Of a stretch of 23,593 nt of DNA, positions 1 through 8,346 are shown in pieces. The position numbers and the translations under genes were made by a program. The stretch spans positions 1-23,593 of the forward strand of contig JBEKKX010000037.1 of the NCBI GenBank assembly GCA_050010515.1, written 5' to 3'. The stretch comes from Candidatus Bathyarchaeia archaeon (lineage in GTDB: Archaea; Thermoproteota; Bathyarchaeia; Bathyarchaeales; Bathycorpusculaceae). Position 1 is the first letter of the stretch. The number at the start of each line of letters is the position of its first letter. Under the pieces are notes generated by a model. It worked only from the letters and a program-made list of their open reading frames with translations. It had not been told where the DNA came from and did not search any database.

Positions 1-120
1 GGAGCATTGGAGCTTCATACGCTACTACAATTACGTAAGGCCTCATGAAGGAATAGACTATTTAACTCCAGCGGAAATATACCTCAAAGAGAAAGTGTAA
101 GGCTATTTCTAGATAGAACA
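1..120 (+). mobile_element. Right end of an IS481-like insertion sequence
   Basis: The transposase stop lies within TGTAAGGCTATTTCTAGATAGAACA, which ends in ACA at 120, the typical TGT...ACA terminus of IS481. The left end is not in the window. Confidence 0.65.
2..100 (+). CDS. C-terminal end of a DDE integrase-core transposase (IS481/IS3-like), cut by the window edge
   Basis: Frame from position 2 reads EHWSFIRYYNYVRPHEGIDYLTPAEIYLKEKV*, matching the YN..RPH....TP.E C-terminal motif of rve-type transposases. Confidence 0.85.
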   Translation, partial: EHWSFIRYYNYVRPHEGIDYLTPAEIYLKEKV

Positions 121-188
121 CTTATTTGCTTAAAGAGAAAGATATATGTGCTCAAGCTCCATAGTCGCATTGAGCCAAAGGGGCTTAA

Positions 189-689
189 TTGACATTGAAC
201 CAACAGGCGTTAACTGATAAGAAAAAAGAAGGCTTGATTACTGCTGTATATATCGGGCTTATTTTTATTCTGCTTGCCCTGATTTACTTCATCAATCTTC
301 CCCACAACATCTGGAATAGCTTTGTTAATTTTATCGGCTCTTTTGTTCTCACTCAAGTTCAAGGCACTAGTATTTCTTTGCCTGCGCCTTCAAATCCAGC
401 TGCTTACACAGTGCTCTACATTGCTGTTTTCCAGTTTTGTCTGGGCATAGGAATTTTAGAAATCTCAATATTAGCGCTCAGGATTGTGATGAATTCGCCC
501 CTTCCAAGGAAAGCTGAAACTATTGAAAACGTTGTTTTTTGTCTTGGAACAAGCTATTTAGCAATTACCTACCTTGTTAACATGACAATAATGAGCGAGT
601 GGTTTGTCTTTTGGGCTGGAATAATTCTAATTGCCGGTTTAGCAATGGTTGCTAGAGCGTTTGTTCTTTTAGCTGGACGACACAGTTAG
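189..689 (+). CDS. Hypothetical membrane protein (about 4 TM helices)
   Basis: 166-aa ORF with four hydrophobic stretches; converges on the GT2 gene with a 4-nt overlap. Confidence 0.75.
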   Translation: MTLNQQALTDKKKEGLITAVYIGLIFILLALIYFINLPHNIWNSFVNFIGSFVLTQVQGTSISLPAPSNPAAYTVLYIAVFQFCLGIGILEISILALRIVMNSPLPRKAETIENVVFCLGTSYLAITYLVNMTIMSEWFVFWAGIILIAGLAMVARAFVLLAGRHS

Positions 690-1432
690 CCCTTACGCTT
701 TATTTTGAGCTTCCACCACAGCTTCATTACCTGCCAAAACATGCTTGATGAATCTTTAAAGAGGTTAACCTTTGTGTCTTTACCGCTTTTCCATTCCACT
801 GGAATCTCTTTTACCCTATAGCCATGACGATATGCTCTTACAATTATTTCCGTGTCCCAAAACCAATGAGTCGCCTCTACCTCGCCAAGTAACTGCATAA
901 GCGGTTCCCTTTTGAAGGCTTTAAAACCACACTGGTGATCCTTGACTTTGGAGCCGAGCATGTGTCGAACGAGAAAGTTGTAACTTTTTGAGCTTATACT
1001 TCTGCTAAAGGTGCGTTCAACCTTACTTTCAGGTAGCATCCTTGAACCAGTTGATAAGTCGTAGCCTTCAACAGTGATGGCTTCAACAAGAGGTTTAAGA
1101 GATTTAAGGTCTGTAGCTAAGTCCAAATCCATATAAACCAAAACTTCGCCCCTGCACTGCCTAAACGCATTGTTGAGTGCCATTCCTCTTCCGAGGCGTT
1201 TTTCACGGTGAATATGCTTAACGTATGGGTATTTTTGCGCTAACTCTTCAGCTCGCTCAGCGGTGCCATCGATACTTCCATCCTCAGCAATTACTATCTC
1301 ATAGGAATGTGTGAACTCATTTAGTGTTTGCGTAGTTTTTTCTACCGCGGGGTATAGATAGTCAACTTCGTTGTACGCTGGGAAAACCACTGAGATCTCT
1401 ACTTTTTTGCCGAGGCTATTTTGTTTTGTCAT
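686..1432 (-). CDS. GT2 dolichol-phosphate hexosyltransferase (DPM1/ALG5-like)
   Basis: Motifs VVFPAYNE, AEDGSIDGT, GRGMAL, YMDLDL, DHQCGFKAF and WFWDTE. The start is placed at ATG 1432, which overlaps the PMT stop (ATGA). Confidence 0.9.
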   Translation of the reverse strand: MTKQNSLGKKVEISVVFPAYNEVDYLYPAVEKTTQTLNEFTHSYEIVIAEDGSIDGTAERAEELAQKYPYVKHIHREKRLGRGMALNNAFRQCRGEVLVYMDLDLATDLKSLKPLVEAITVEGYDLSTGSRMLPESKVERTFSRSISSKSYNFLVRHMLGSKVKDHQCGFKAFKREPLMQLLGEVEATHWFWDTEIIVRAYRHGYRVKEIPVEWKSGKDTKVNLFKDSSSMFWQVMKLWWKLKIKRKG

Positions 1433-3270
1433 GGCGCGAAGAACCAGCTTCGGAACCACTTCAAATTATTTATGTAAGAAGTGGAAACGGGCATTCCTGA
1501 AATTACCGGATAAAATACAACGAACATGATCACGGCTGAAGCAAATATAACTATGGCAGCAACTTTTCCTGCTCGCGTGTTCCAGTACTTATTAATGAAG
1601 TATGTTATTGCTAAGCATAGAAGGGGCACACTCGAATAGAAATGATAAATATACGTTGCTCTTGAAATCAAAATGTAAGGAAGCCATGAGAAAAAGAAGA
1701 TAACGATTATAAATACTGCAGGCAAATCCCATTGTTTGGAGATGACACGATTCCGTAATTTTTGCCCAGATGATCCTTTCCATAACTTCTGTGCTAACCC
1801 GCTTTCATATATAACCATCCCAGTTAGCACGAGTATACAGGCAAAGCCAAGCCACCAAACCACTGGGTTACCGAAAGCTGTGATGGTTGACACGACATTA
1901 TTTGGCAAGTAAGTTACGTCAAACCATTTGGGAACATTTACTCCATCTAGCCTGAACATGAAGGGCCAAGACCACCAAGGAGAAGAAGTCGGGTCAGTGA
2001 TAGTAGAACTTGATTGAAAACTAGCCATTACATTTTGCAAACGTAAAATCGTCATAAAAGAGTCACCCGCAAGCATGTCGGGAATATATGTTGCGAAGTA
2101 GATCGGAACTGAAAGACCGATGAAACCAAGCAACAACATGGCAGGATAATCAAAGAAGGCAACGTACTTGTCACCCAAGCGGCCTTTAAGTTTCACAATA
2201 TCTCTAAACCTAAGAGCTGCAAGTAGAGCAAGCATACCTAAAGCGCCAAAGATTGTAAGCCACTTCGTAGAAAATCCTAGTGCAAAGAAGATTACAGCTA
2301 AGAACAATGGCAGAACAGAAGTTTTCCATCCATTCTTAACCACATTCATGAAATAAATCAGGAAGAATAACTGCGAGAGCAAAGCGAAGAACACGACATA
2401 AGTATCTGCCGTGCCTATCCTTGCCATTGTAAAATGCATAAAATCGAATGCAAGAAAGAAGGCTGCTGAAAAACCGCCAATCCATGTTCCAAACAGTTTC
2501 TTTCCCAGAAGGTACATCAAAGGTATCATCAAAGTGGCAAATATCACGCCCATTATTCGCCAGCCAAACGGAGTATCACCGAAAACTGCGATCCCCGAGG
2601 CTTGAATCAACTTTCCAAGAGGCGGATGGGTTCTTTCATTAGGTATCTGGAGATGCAGGTAGTTTTCTGCAGATCTGGCAAAATAGACCTCGTCAAAATA
2701 CATCTCGGACATATAGGTCGGGGGAATCTGCAGTGAGTTTTGTTCATCAACCAGCTTATTCAAGGTTGGATCTGAGGTGTTTTCGCCTGTAATTCCAATG
2801 ATTGGAATTTGCCGGTTGCTTTGGCTTTGCAGGCCAATTTCAGAGACTTGGATGAAAGGCGACGGCTCTTGATCTGAAGGATTAGTAATACCCCAGTTGG
2901 CAAACATGGGCTGAGAGTTATATAGCGTTGGTTGAACGTCAAAGCTCAAAAACTGAGTATTTGCATTAATAGTGCAGGATTGAACAACCGAGTAATCTGT
3001 GGCCGCGGGTTGAAGAACGAATTTTCCAACTGAACTCCAATTTCCAGGAGAGCCAGAATACACTGTTACTGTGGCGTTGCCGCTTTTAACCCAGAAGTAC
3101 ACCGTTTGAACCTGTTGGGTTCCATTTAAGCTGATGTAGAAACTTTCATTTTGGGTACTATGCCAAGTTGTAACCGGATACTTAATTGAACCCACGTTCC
3201 AGGCGGCTATGGAGAAGAAAACTACTCCAAGTAAAACTATAGTTATCAGGTCTTTTTTGTTGATTTGCAA
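1429..3270 (-). CDS. Dolichyl-phosphate-mannose:protein mannosyltransferase-like GT-C enzyme (PMT/GT39) with an extracellular beta-domain insert
   Basis: YFDEVYF (DE motif), THPPLGK, FGWR, STKW, SSPWWSWP, GNPVVWW and RATYIYHFY; multiple TM helices. Confidence 0.9.
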   Translation of the reverse strand: MQINKKDLITIVLLGVVFFSIAAWNVGSIKYPVTTWHSTQNESFYISLNGTQQVQTVYFWVKSGNATVTVYSGSPGNWSSVGKFVLQPAATDYSVVQSCTINANTQFLSFDVQPTLYNSQPMFANWGITNPSDQEPSPFIQVSEIGLQSQSNRQIPIIGITGENTSDPTLNKLVDEQNSLQIPPTYMSEMYFDEVYFARSAENYLHLQIPNERTHPPLGKLIQASGIAVFGDTPFGWRIMGVIFATLMIPLMYLLGKKLFGTWIGGFSAAFFLAFDFMHFTMARIGTADTYVVFFALLSQLFFLIYFMNVVKNGWKTSVLPLFLAVIFFALGFSTKWLTIFGALGMLALLAALRFRDIVKLKGRLGDKYVAFFDYPAMLLLGFIGLSVPIYFATYIPDMLAGDSFMTILRLQNVMASFQSSSTITDPTSSPWWSWPFMFRLDGVNVPKWFDVTYLPNNVVSTITAFGNPVVWWLGFACILVLTGMVIYESGLAQKLWKGSSGQKLRNRVISKQWDLPAVFIIVIFFFSWLPYILISRATYIYHFYSSVPLLCLAITYFINKYWNTRAGKVAAIVIFASAVIMFVVFYPVISGMPVSTSYINNLKWFRSWFFAP

Positions 3271-4475
3271 TCCCAGGTTAATTTGGGTTCACCTCTTTCT
3301 TGGTTTTGGCTTAACGTGGCGGGGTCAGTTTTGAGCCATTCGTGTCCTCTCAGTTCATCCCACATTAATATTGAAGCATAAAGGAGCATTAATAAATTAA
3401 TAGCGCTTACCGCTAGAACCACTGGGTCTCCAGTTAAATTAGGACTAGCAGGATAATAGGCATTAAGCCAATAGAGAACGTAGGCTTGATTGATTAGTAA
3501 AGTCGCTGTCAAAACAACATAGAACGGGCGGGTCCTTTTGAGGAACGGAAACATCAGCGCCAAAACGCTTATGGCTGGAAATAGGTATCGCTCATGAATC
3601 CTGGTTGGAAGCATGAAAAATGCAAAGAAAAGCATGAATGCCCCGAAAATTGCCAGAAACTCATTTGAAGCATTAAACCGCTTGTATAAAAAGTACAAAG
3701 TGAAAACGGCAAAGGCCCCAAATAACGCCCAACCCACGATATAGAGGCTTCCGTCAGGTATCCATAAGCCATACAAACCCCACAGGTTGAAAGCGTTTAC
3801 CGAAGTTACAGCGTATTCTCCATAGGCTCCAAAGAAAATGTTACTCAAGAAAGTCAACGGATTGCTCCATTGGAAAGGAAGGATAACCAAGAAAACTGTA
3901 CCAGCAAACACGCCCACAGAAAATAGCAGATTTTTCAACCCGTTTTTCTTATAAATCAAGAAAGCAACCAGAGGAGCTAAAACTATTCCCTGCGGCTTAG
4001 TTAAAAGCCCTATTGCGAAGGCTGCTGCGGCAAGTTTAGGTTTAGATTTAAGCGCAAGCATAAGCGAGAGTATAAGGAAGAAGGTGTAAATTGCGTCATA
4101 TTGGCCCCATATTGCGGTGTTATAGATTACAGCTGGGTTAAAAGTGTAGAGCGACGTCGCCAGCAGAGCGGATTTGAAACTTGATTGTTTTCTAACAAAA
4201 ACGTAAATTAGCAGTGCCGTTGCTAAATCGAAAAGGTTAGGAGCCAACTTAACTATATTTGCTGTGCTAATGCCAACTGCCTTTGCGAAGGAGCCGAATG
4301 CCCAGAAAATGTAAACGTTGAAAGGCGGATAATCAATAAATCCTGCAACATTGTAAAACGGTCTTATGCCATGTGCAACAGCGGTGTTAATCCAAGAAGT
4401 AAAATCTCCCGTGTCAATCGGGTATCCTTTTAGTGGAAACAAGAGAACCCTAACTAGGAAGGAAACAGAAAGCAA
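3246..4475 (-). CDS. GT-C fold lipid-linked-sugar glycosyltransferase (GT87/ALG6-like); true start probably upstream, near 4520
   Basis: DYPP, NPAVIYNTAIWGQYD, KPQG, NAFNLW and TRIHERYLFP; multi-TM. The frame stays open upstream to the stop at 4575-4577. Confidence 0.85.
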   Translation of the reverse strand: MLSVSFLVRVLLFPLKGYPIDTGDFTSWINTAVAHGIRPFYNVAGFIDYPPFNVYIFWAFGSFAKAVGISTANIVKLAPNLFDLATALLIYVFVRKQSSFKSALLATSLYTFNPAVIYNTAIWGQYDAIYTFFLILSLMLALKSKPKLAAAAFAIGLLTKPQGIVLAPLVAFLIYKKNGLKNLLFSVGVFAGTVFLVILPFQWSNPLTFLSNIFFGAYGEYAVTSVNAFNLWGLYGLWIPDGSLYIVGWALFGAFAVFTLYFLYKRFNASNEFLAIFGAFMLFFAFFMLPTRIHERYLFPAISVLALMFPFLKRTRPFYVVLTATLLINQAYVLYWLNAYYPASPNLTGDPVVLAVSAINLLMLLYASILMWDELRGHEWLKTDPATLSQNQERGEPKLTWDCKSTKKT

Positions 4476-4807
4476 GACAGCTAAAATAATAATCTCGCGT
4501 TTTGTAGACGAAACGTTAACCGCGTTTCCCCTCCTTTTTATGCAAACAGTTGTAACAATGGCATAAGAAGGTTTTCAAAAATCAATCATTTACTTATTTG
4601 AATAAAAGAGCAGAAGAAGCTAATTGCCAGGTTTAACAACCAATAAAATGCTATAAAATGACTGCGCCAGCTCGATAGGGTGTCAATTTAAAGCTTGTAC
4701 TCTATGTAGCAACAGGCAAAATATTTAGCGCGAAAACAAGCACCAAAGTGATTGGTGGCAAAAACGTCAGCTAAGGCTCCAGTGTAAGAGTAAAGCGCCG
4801 AATTGTA

Positions 4808-4822
4808 AAAAGTTTTATATCC
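4808..4822 (+). promoter_or_regulatory. Probable BRE/TATA promoter of the G1 peptidase gene
   Basis: AAAAGTTTTATATCC about 50 nt upstream of ATG 4868. Confidence 0.5.
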
Positions 4823-4867
4823 AGTCATGCGACTAGATTTACAGTGTAATTTTAAACAAAAAAAAGG

Positions 4868-5728
4868 ATGAGTTTTATGAAAACTTTATCTAAACTATCT
4901 GCTTTTTTCGTTGGTTTGCTTATGCTTTTAGCCGCATTCAGTCCAGCATTTGCTCTCACGAGTGCAATAACGGCGCCAAATATGGTTGTAGCGCGCTCAA
5001 GTGGTAGCAGTTGGTCAAGTACTAACTGGAGCGGGTATGCAGTGACGGGCGCAACTAATTCGGTGACTTCTGCTAGTGGTTCATGGACAGTTCCTACAGC
5101 CAGTCCAGGGACTAGCGGAACTACTGCATATTACTCGGCGTTCTGGGTTGGCATTGACGGCTTCAGTTCGAGCACTGTCGAACAGACAGGCACAATGTCT
5201 GAAACTCTAGGCAAGACTGTAACATACTATGCTTGGTACGAGTTCTATCCAAGTCCGATGTACCAAATTACTTCGCTAACAATTAATCCGGGCGACAAAA
5301 TATCAGCAAGTGTAACATACACAGGCAGCTCAAGCAGTTCTGGTAAGGGCTTTTTCAGCAGGCAAAGCATCAGCACATTCACTGTCACCATTACTGACGT
5401 AACTAAAAGCAAGTCTTATACCACGACGGGAACCGTTAATAATGCTGCGAGATCTTCAGCGGAGTATATTGCGGAAGCGCCTTCGTCAAATCGGGGAGTA
5501 CTGCCACTGGCAAACTTCGGCACAGTAAACTATGGCTATAAGAATACGGGCGTTACGGGAACTTGCTATGCTACGGTAAGTGGAGTCACTGGGTCGCTCG
5601 GTTCTTTCGGTTCAGCGGTTCAACAGATAACAATGGTAACCAGCAAAGGCGCAACCAAAGCTTCACCATCAGCAGTGTCTACTGACGGAACAAGCTTCTC
5701 AGTAACTTGGGCAAGCGCTGGTCCATAA
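4868..5728 (+). CDS. Secreted G1-family (peptidase A4, eqolisin) glutamic endopeptidase
   Basis: Signal peptide ending in AFA; STNWSGY, WVGIDG, VEQTGT (catalytic Gln), AWYEFYP and SAEYIAEAP (catalytic Glu). Confidence 0.92.
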   Translation: MSFMKTLSKLSAFFVGLLMLLAAFSPAFALTSAITAPNMVVARSSGSSWSSTNWSGYAVTGATNSVTSASGSWTVPTASPGTSGTTAYYSAFWVGIDGFSSSTVEQTGTMSETLGKTVTYYAWYEFYPSPMYQITSLTINPGDKISASVTYTGSSSSSGKGFFSRQSISTFTVTITDVTKSKSYTTTGTVNNAARSSAEYIAEAPSSNRGVLPLANFGTVNYGYKNTGVTGTCYATVSGVTGSLGSFGSAVQQITMVTSKGATKASPSAVSTDGTSFSVTWASAGP

Positions 5729-5744
5729 CTTAAGCGAGCCAACA

Positions 5745-5760
5745 GCTTTTCTTTTTTTTA
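5745..5760 (+). terminator. Oligo-T archaeal terminator after the peptidase
   Basis: CTTTTCTTTTTTTT about 17 nt after the stop. Confidence 0.45.
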
Positions 5761-5797
5761 AATCAAAGTGCCAAAATAATATTTTTGAGCAGTTAAA

Positions 5798-5874
5798 TGG
5801 AGCCTCGGGCGGGATTTGGACCCGCGACCATTACCTTACCAAGGTAACGCCCCACCGGGCTAGGCTACCGAGGC
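5798..5874 (-). tRNA. tRNA-Thr(GGT), CCA encoded
   Basis: Reverse complement is GCCTCGG...TTACC-TTGGTAA-GGTAA...GCGGG-TCCAAAT-CCCGC-CCGAGGC-T-CCA, a full cloverleaf. Confidence 0.95.
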
Positions 5875-6055
5875 GTTTAATGCGTGTTCCCGTGAAAGAA
5901 CTGCTTCTTGGCAATAAAATGCTTACGGTTAAACCTGCGGCAAACAGCAACGTTCAAGCAACTTCGGTTTCGATAACGGGGAAAAGCTTCATATTAATTG
6001 GTTGGTACAGAGATTATCTCGGCTTGAAAGCAAAATAAGCTTGCATAGACAAGTC

Positions 6056-6143
6056 GCAGGGGTCTCCAAGCCAGGTCAACGGAGTAGGGCTTAGGACCCT
6101 ATCGCGTAGGCGTTCGTGGGTTCAAATCCCACCCCCTGCACCA
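6056..6143 (+). tRNA. tRNA-Leu(TAG), long variable arm, CCA encoded
   Basis: GCAGGGG...TAGGG-CTTAGGA-CCCTA...GTGGG-TTCAAAT-CCCAC-CCCCTGC-A-CCA. Confidence 0.96.
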
Positions 6144-6418
6144 ACATGTTCGAATCGTTTGGTGGTTCTCGCTGGCGAGTTTGTGGAGTTTCTGAGGTTT
6201 GGTTCATCTGGCTTTTTTCAGCAAGAATCGGGTTGAGCCAATACCTATATAAGTGCGTAAGCACATAGTAGATTATGTCGATAAGCTAATAAGCGGAAAA
6301 GATGAATGAAAAGTGATAGCTCAAACAAAAAATAGAATCCGGAGTCCAGCAGTCCGCTTATTGGAAGAACATTTGACACGTGAAACTGTGCAGCAAAAAA
6401 CTATGTTGGCGATTAAAT

Positions 6419-6562
6419 ATGGGTCGAATTACTGTGGATCTCCCGAATGAGTTGGAAAAGCAGCTCAGATTACAAACGGTCGAGAGGTTCGGCGGGAAAA
6501 AAGGTGACTTGTCCAAAGCTGTCGAAGAAGCAGTAAGAACGTGGATTGCCCAGAAAGAATAG
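6419..6562 (+). CDS. Ribbon-helix-helix (CopG/Arc-like) DNA-binding protein, 47 aa
   Basis: MGRITVDLPNELEKQLR...GDLSKAVEEAVRTWI: an alternating beta strand followed by two helices. Confidence 0.85.
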   Translation: MGRITVDLPNELEKQLRLQTVERFGGKKGDLSKAVEEAVRTWIAQKE

Positions 6563-6693
6563 TTCAAGTTTTTTTCCCGCGCCAGAATAAAACGGCGACA
6601 ATAACACAAAAGAAGAACTGCGTTGATCCAAAAATAGCTCAGGCAACAGTTGATTTATCGTATTCTTAGGATTCTAATAATAAATTAATCGAG

Positions 6694-7284
6694 GTGAAAA
6701 AAATGAGTGAAGAAGAAAAAAAAGCGCCGGTGAAGGCGACCGCAAAATCTGAAATCACAGTAAAACCTGTAAAACATGTTCTTGCTAAACCCGTTCCTGC
6801 CAAAGTTCCTGCTAAACGTATTCCTGCCAAACAAATTCCTGCGGTTCATGTTTTGACAACTTTTGATGATTTAATGGAAGATTTTCGCAAAAATTTCATT
6901 GAAAGTATAGCTTTTCCATTTGAGTGGATAAGTCTTAAACCCGTAGTTCCGGTCCGTGAGGCAACTGTAGATCTGGTCGATGAGGGAAACAAGTTTGTGG
7001 TGCATGCTGAGATGCCTGGCGTAGCTAAAGACAAGATCGACGTAGCCCTGACGAAGGATGGAATCGAAATCTCGGCTGAAACAGATGTTGAAAAGGAAGA
7101 CACGGCGAAGAACTTTGTTGTCAGAGAACGCGTTTACTCGCATATTTACAAGCAACTGTCGTTCCCAGAAGAAGTAATCCCTGAGAAAGCTGAATCCACA
7201 TTTAGGGACGGATTACTCGAAGTCTCCATCCCAAAGAAGACGATTGCACCCGCACCTAAAAAGCACAAAGTGGCAGTGAAATAG
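6694..7284 (+). CDS. Small heat-shock protein (Hsp20/alpha-crystallin) with a repetitive N-terminal extension
   Basis: VDLVDEG...AEMPGV.KDKI, FRDGLLEVSIPK and a C-terminal V-x-V (KVAVK). Confidence 0.92.
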   Translation: MKKMSEEEKKAPVKATAKSEITVKPVKHVLAKPVPAKVPAKRIPAKQIPAVHVLTTFDDLMEDFRKNFIESIAFPFEWISLKPVVPVREATVDLVDEGNKFVVHAEMPGVAKDKIDVALTKDGIEISAETDVEKEDTAKNFVVRERVYSHIYKQLSFPEEVIPEKAESTFRDGLLEVSIPKKTIAPAPKKHKVAVK

Positions 7285-7474
7285 CTAATAAAGTAGCTTT
7301 TTTATGCTCCCTCAATATTTCCTGCAATATTTTTGAGAAACCACACAATACTGTAACCGTGAATAAGGCTTGAAGCGAAAAGTCTTTTCTAATCTCAGCC
7401 CTTTTTGAGCTGTGGTTTTTTCGCTCTTGTTGCCAAAATCATCGATGGCGAGAAGCTACCTCTGTTTGCTTTTT

Positions 7475-8218
7475 TTAGCTTGCACGCTTGAATTTGCTTG
7501 AGACGATTTGGTAGACAACGATGGCTGCGTAGAAGCCGTATGAAAGTATAAGTACGGGGCGGTGAACAGCGTACTTAAGGTCGCTGACCATTAACTCGAC
7601 GTGTTTTCTGGTTGTCCACACTTCATCTGGACGAAAATGTATGCAGTACGGTTCGTAGACGCCTAGTACTTTGTAGCCTTTTTTGCCGATCCAATCTTTG
7701 ATGTATCCGTCCTCGTAAGTATGCAGTTGATAGGGTATTTTGATGTCTTCAACTGTTGTTCGTCGAATTAGCGTGTCGTGGGTTCCGCCTCTTTTTTCGA
7801 ATATTTTTATTGTAACCCTTTCAAACAGCCTCAATAATTTCGATCCTCTCAGCACTGACCAAATTTCGATTCCCCAAATTGCGCCCACGTCGTCTTTTAC
7901 TAGTTTTTCCGCCTCGGCAAACCAGTTTTTTGACAGGATAACGTCGCTGTCGACAAACATGAACCAGTCACTTTTTACCAGTCGAATTGCGGTCTGCCTA
8001 GCGCTGCCTCTTGTTCCTTTTTCTTGAACGAAGCTAACGTTCCCGTATTTTTCTTGGAACTCCTTCACTATTTCTGTTGTAGTGTCAGTGGAGTAGCCGT
8101 CAATAATAATGAGGTTGTTGACTGGTACGTTTTGGTAAACAGAATTAATACATTCCCTCAACATTCGTCCGCTGTTCATTGTGAGAATGGCCACGTCTAT
8201 GGACTTCATTATGATCAA
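7475..8218 (-). CDS. GT2 family glycosyltransferase
   Basis: IIIDGYSTDTT, RGSARQ, FVDSD (DxD) and YED. The start may be ATG 8209. Confidence 0.9.
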   Translation of the reverse strand: MIIMKSIDVAILTMNSGRMLRECINSVYQNVPVNNLIIIDGYSTDTTTEIVKEFQEKYGNVSFVQEKGTRGSARQTAIRLVKSDWFMFVDSDVILSKNWFAEAEKLVKDDVGAIWGIEIWSVLRGSKLLRLFERVTIKIFEKRGGTHDTLIRRTTVEDIKIPYQLHTYEDGYIKDWIGKKGYKVLGVYEPYCIHFRPDEVWTTRKHVELMVSDLKYAVHRPVLILSYGFYAAIVVYQIVSSKFKRAS

Positions 8219-8346
8219 CCTATTTTTTTAGTTGATGATCTTTTGTGTTTGCTTGAATAGAAAAGTTTTGGTTGCTTGCTTTCGTGTTTTTTGGCTGAAT
8301 CGGCATTGGTCTGTTCAAATGTGTTCTCCTCTAAGGAAAAGCATTT

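Noticed and set aside
5798-6600. tRNA-anchored integrated element or toxin-antitoxin pair
   Set aside because: No integrase and no duplicated tRNA 3' end was seen in the window. The RHH gene has no adjacent toxin-like ORF.
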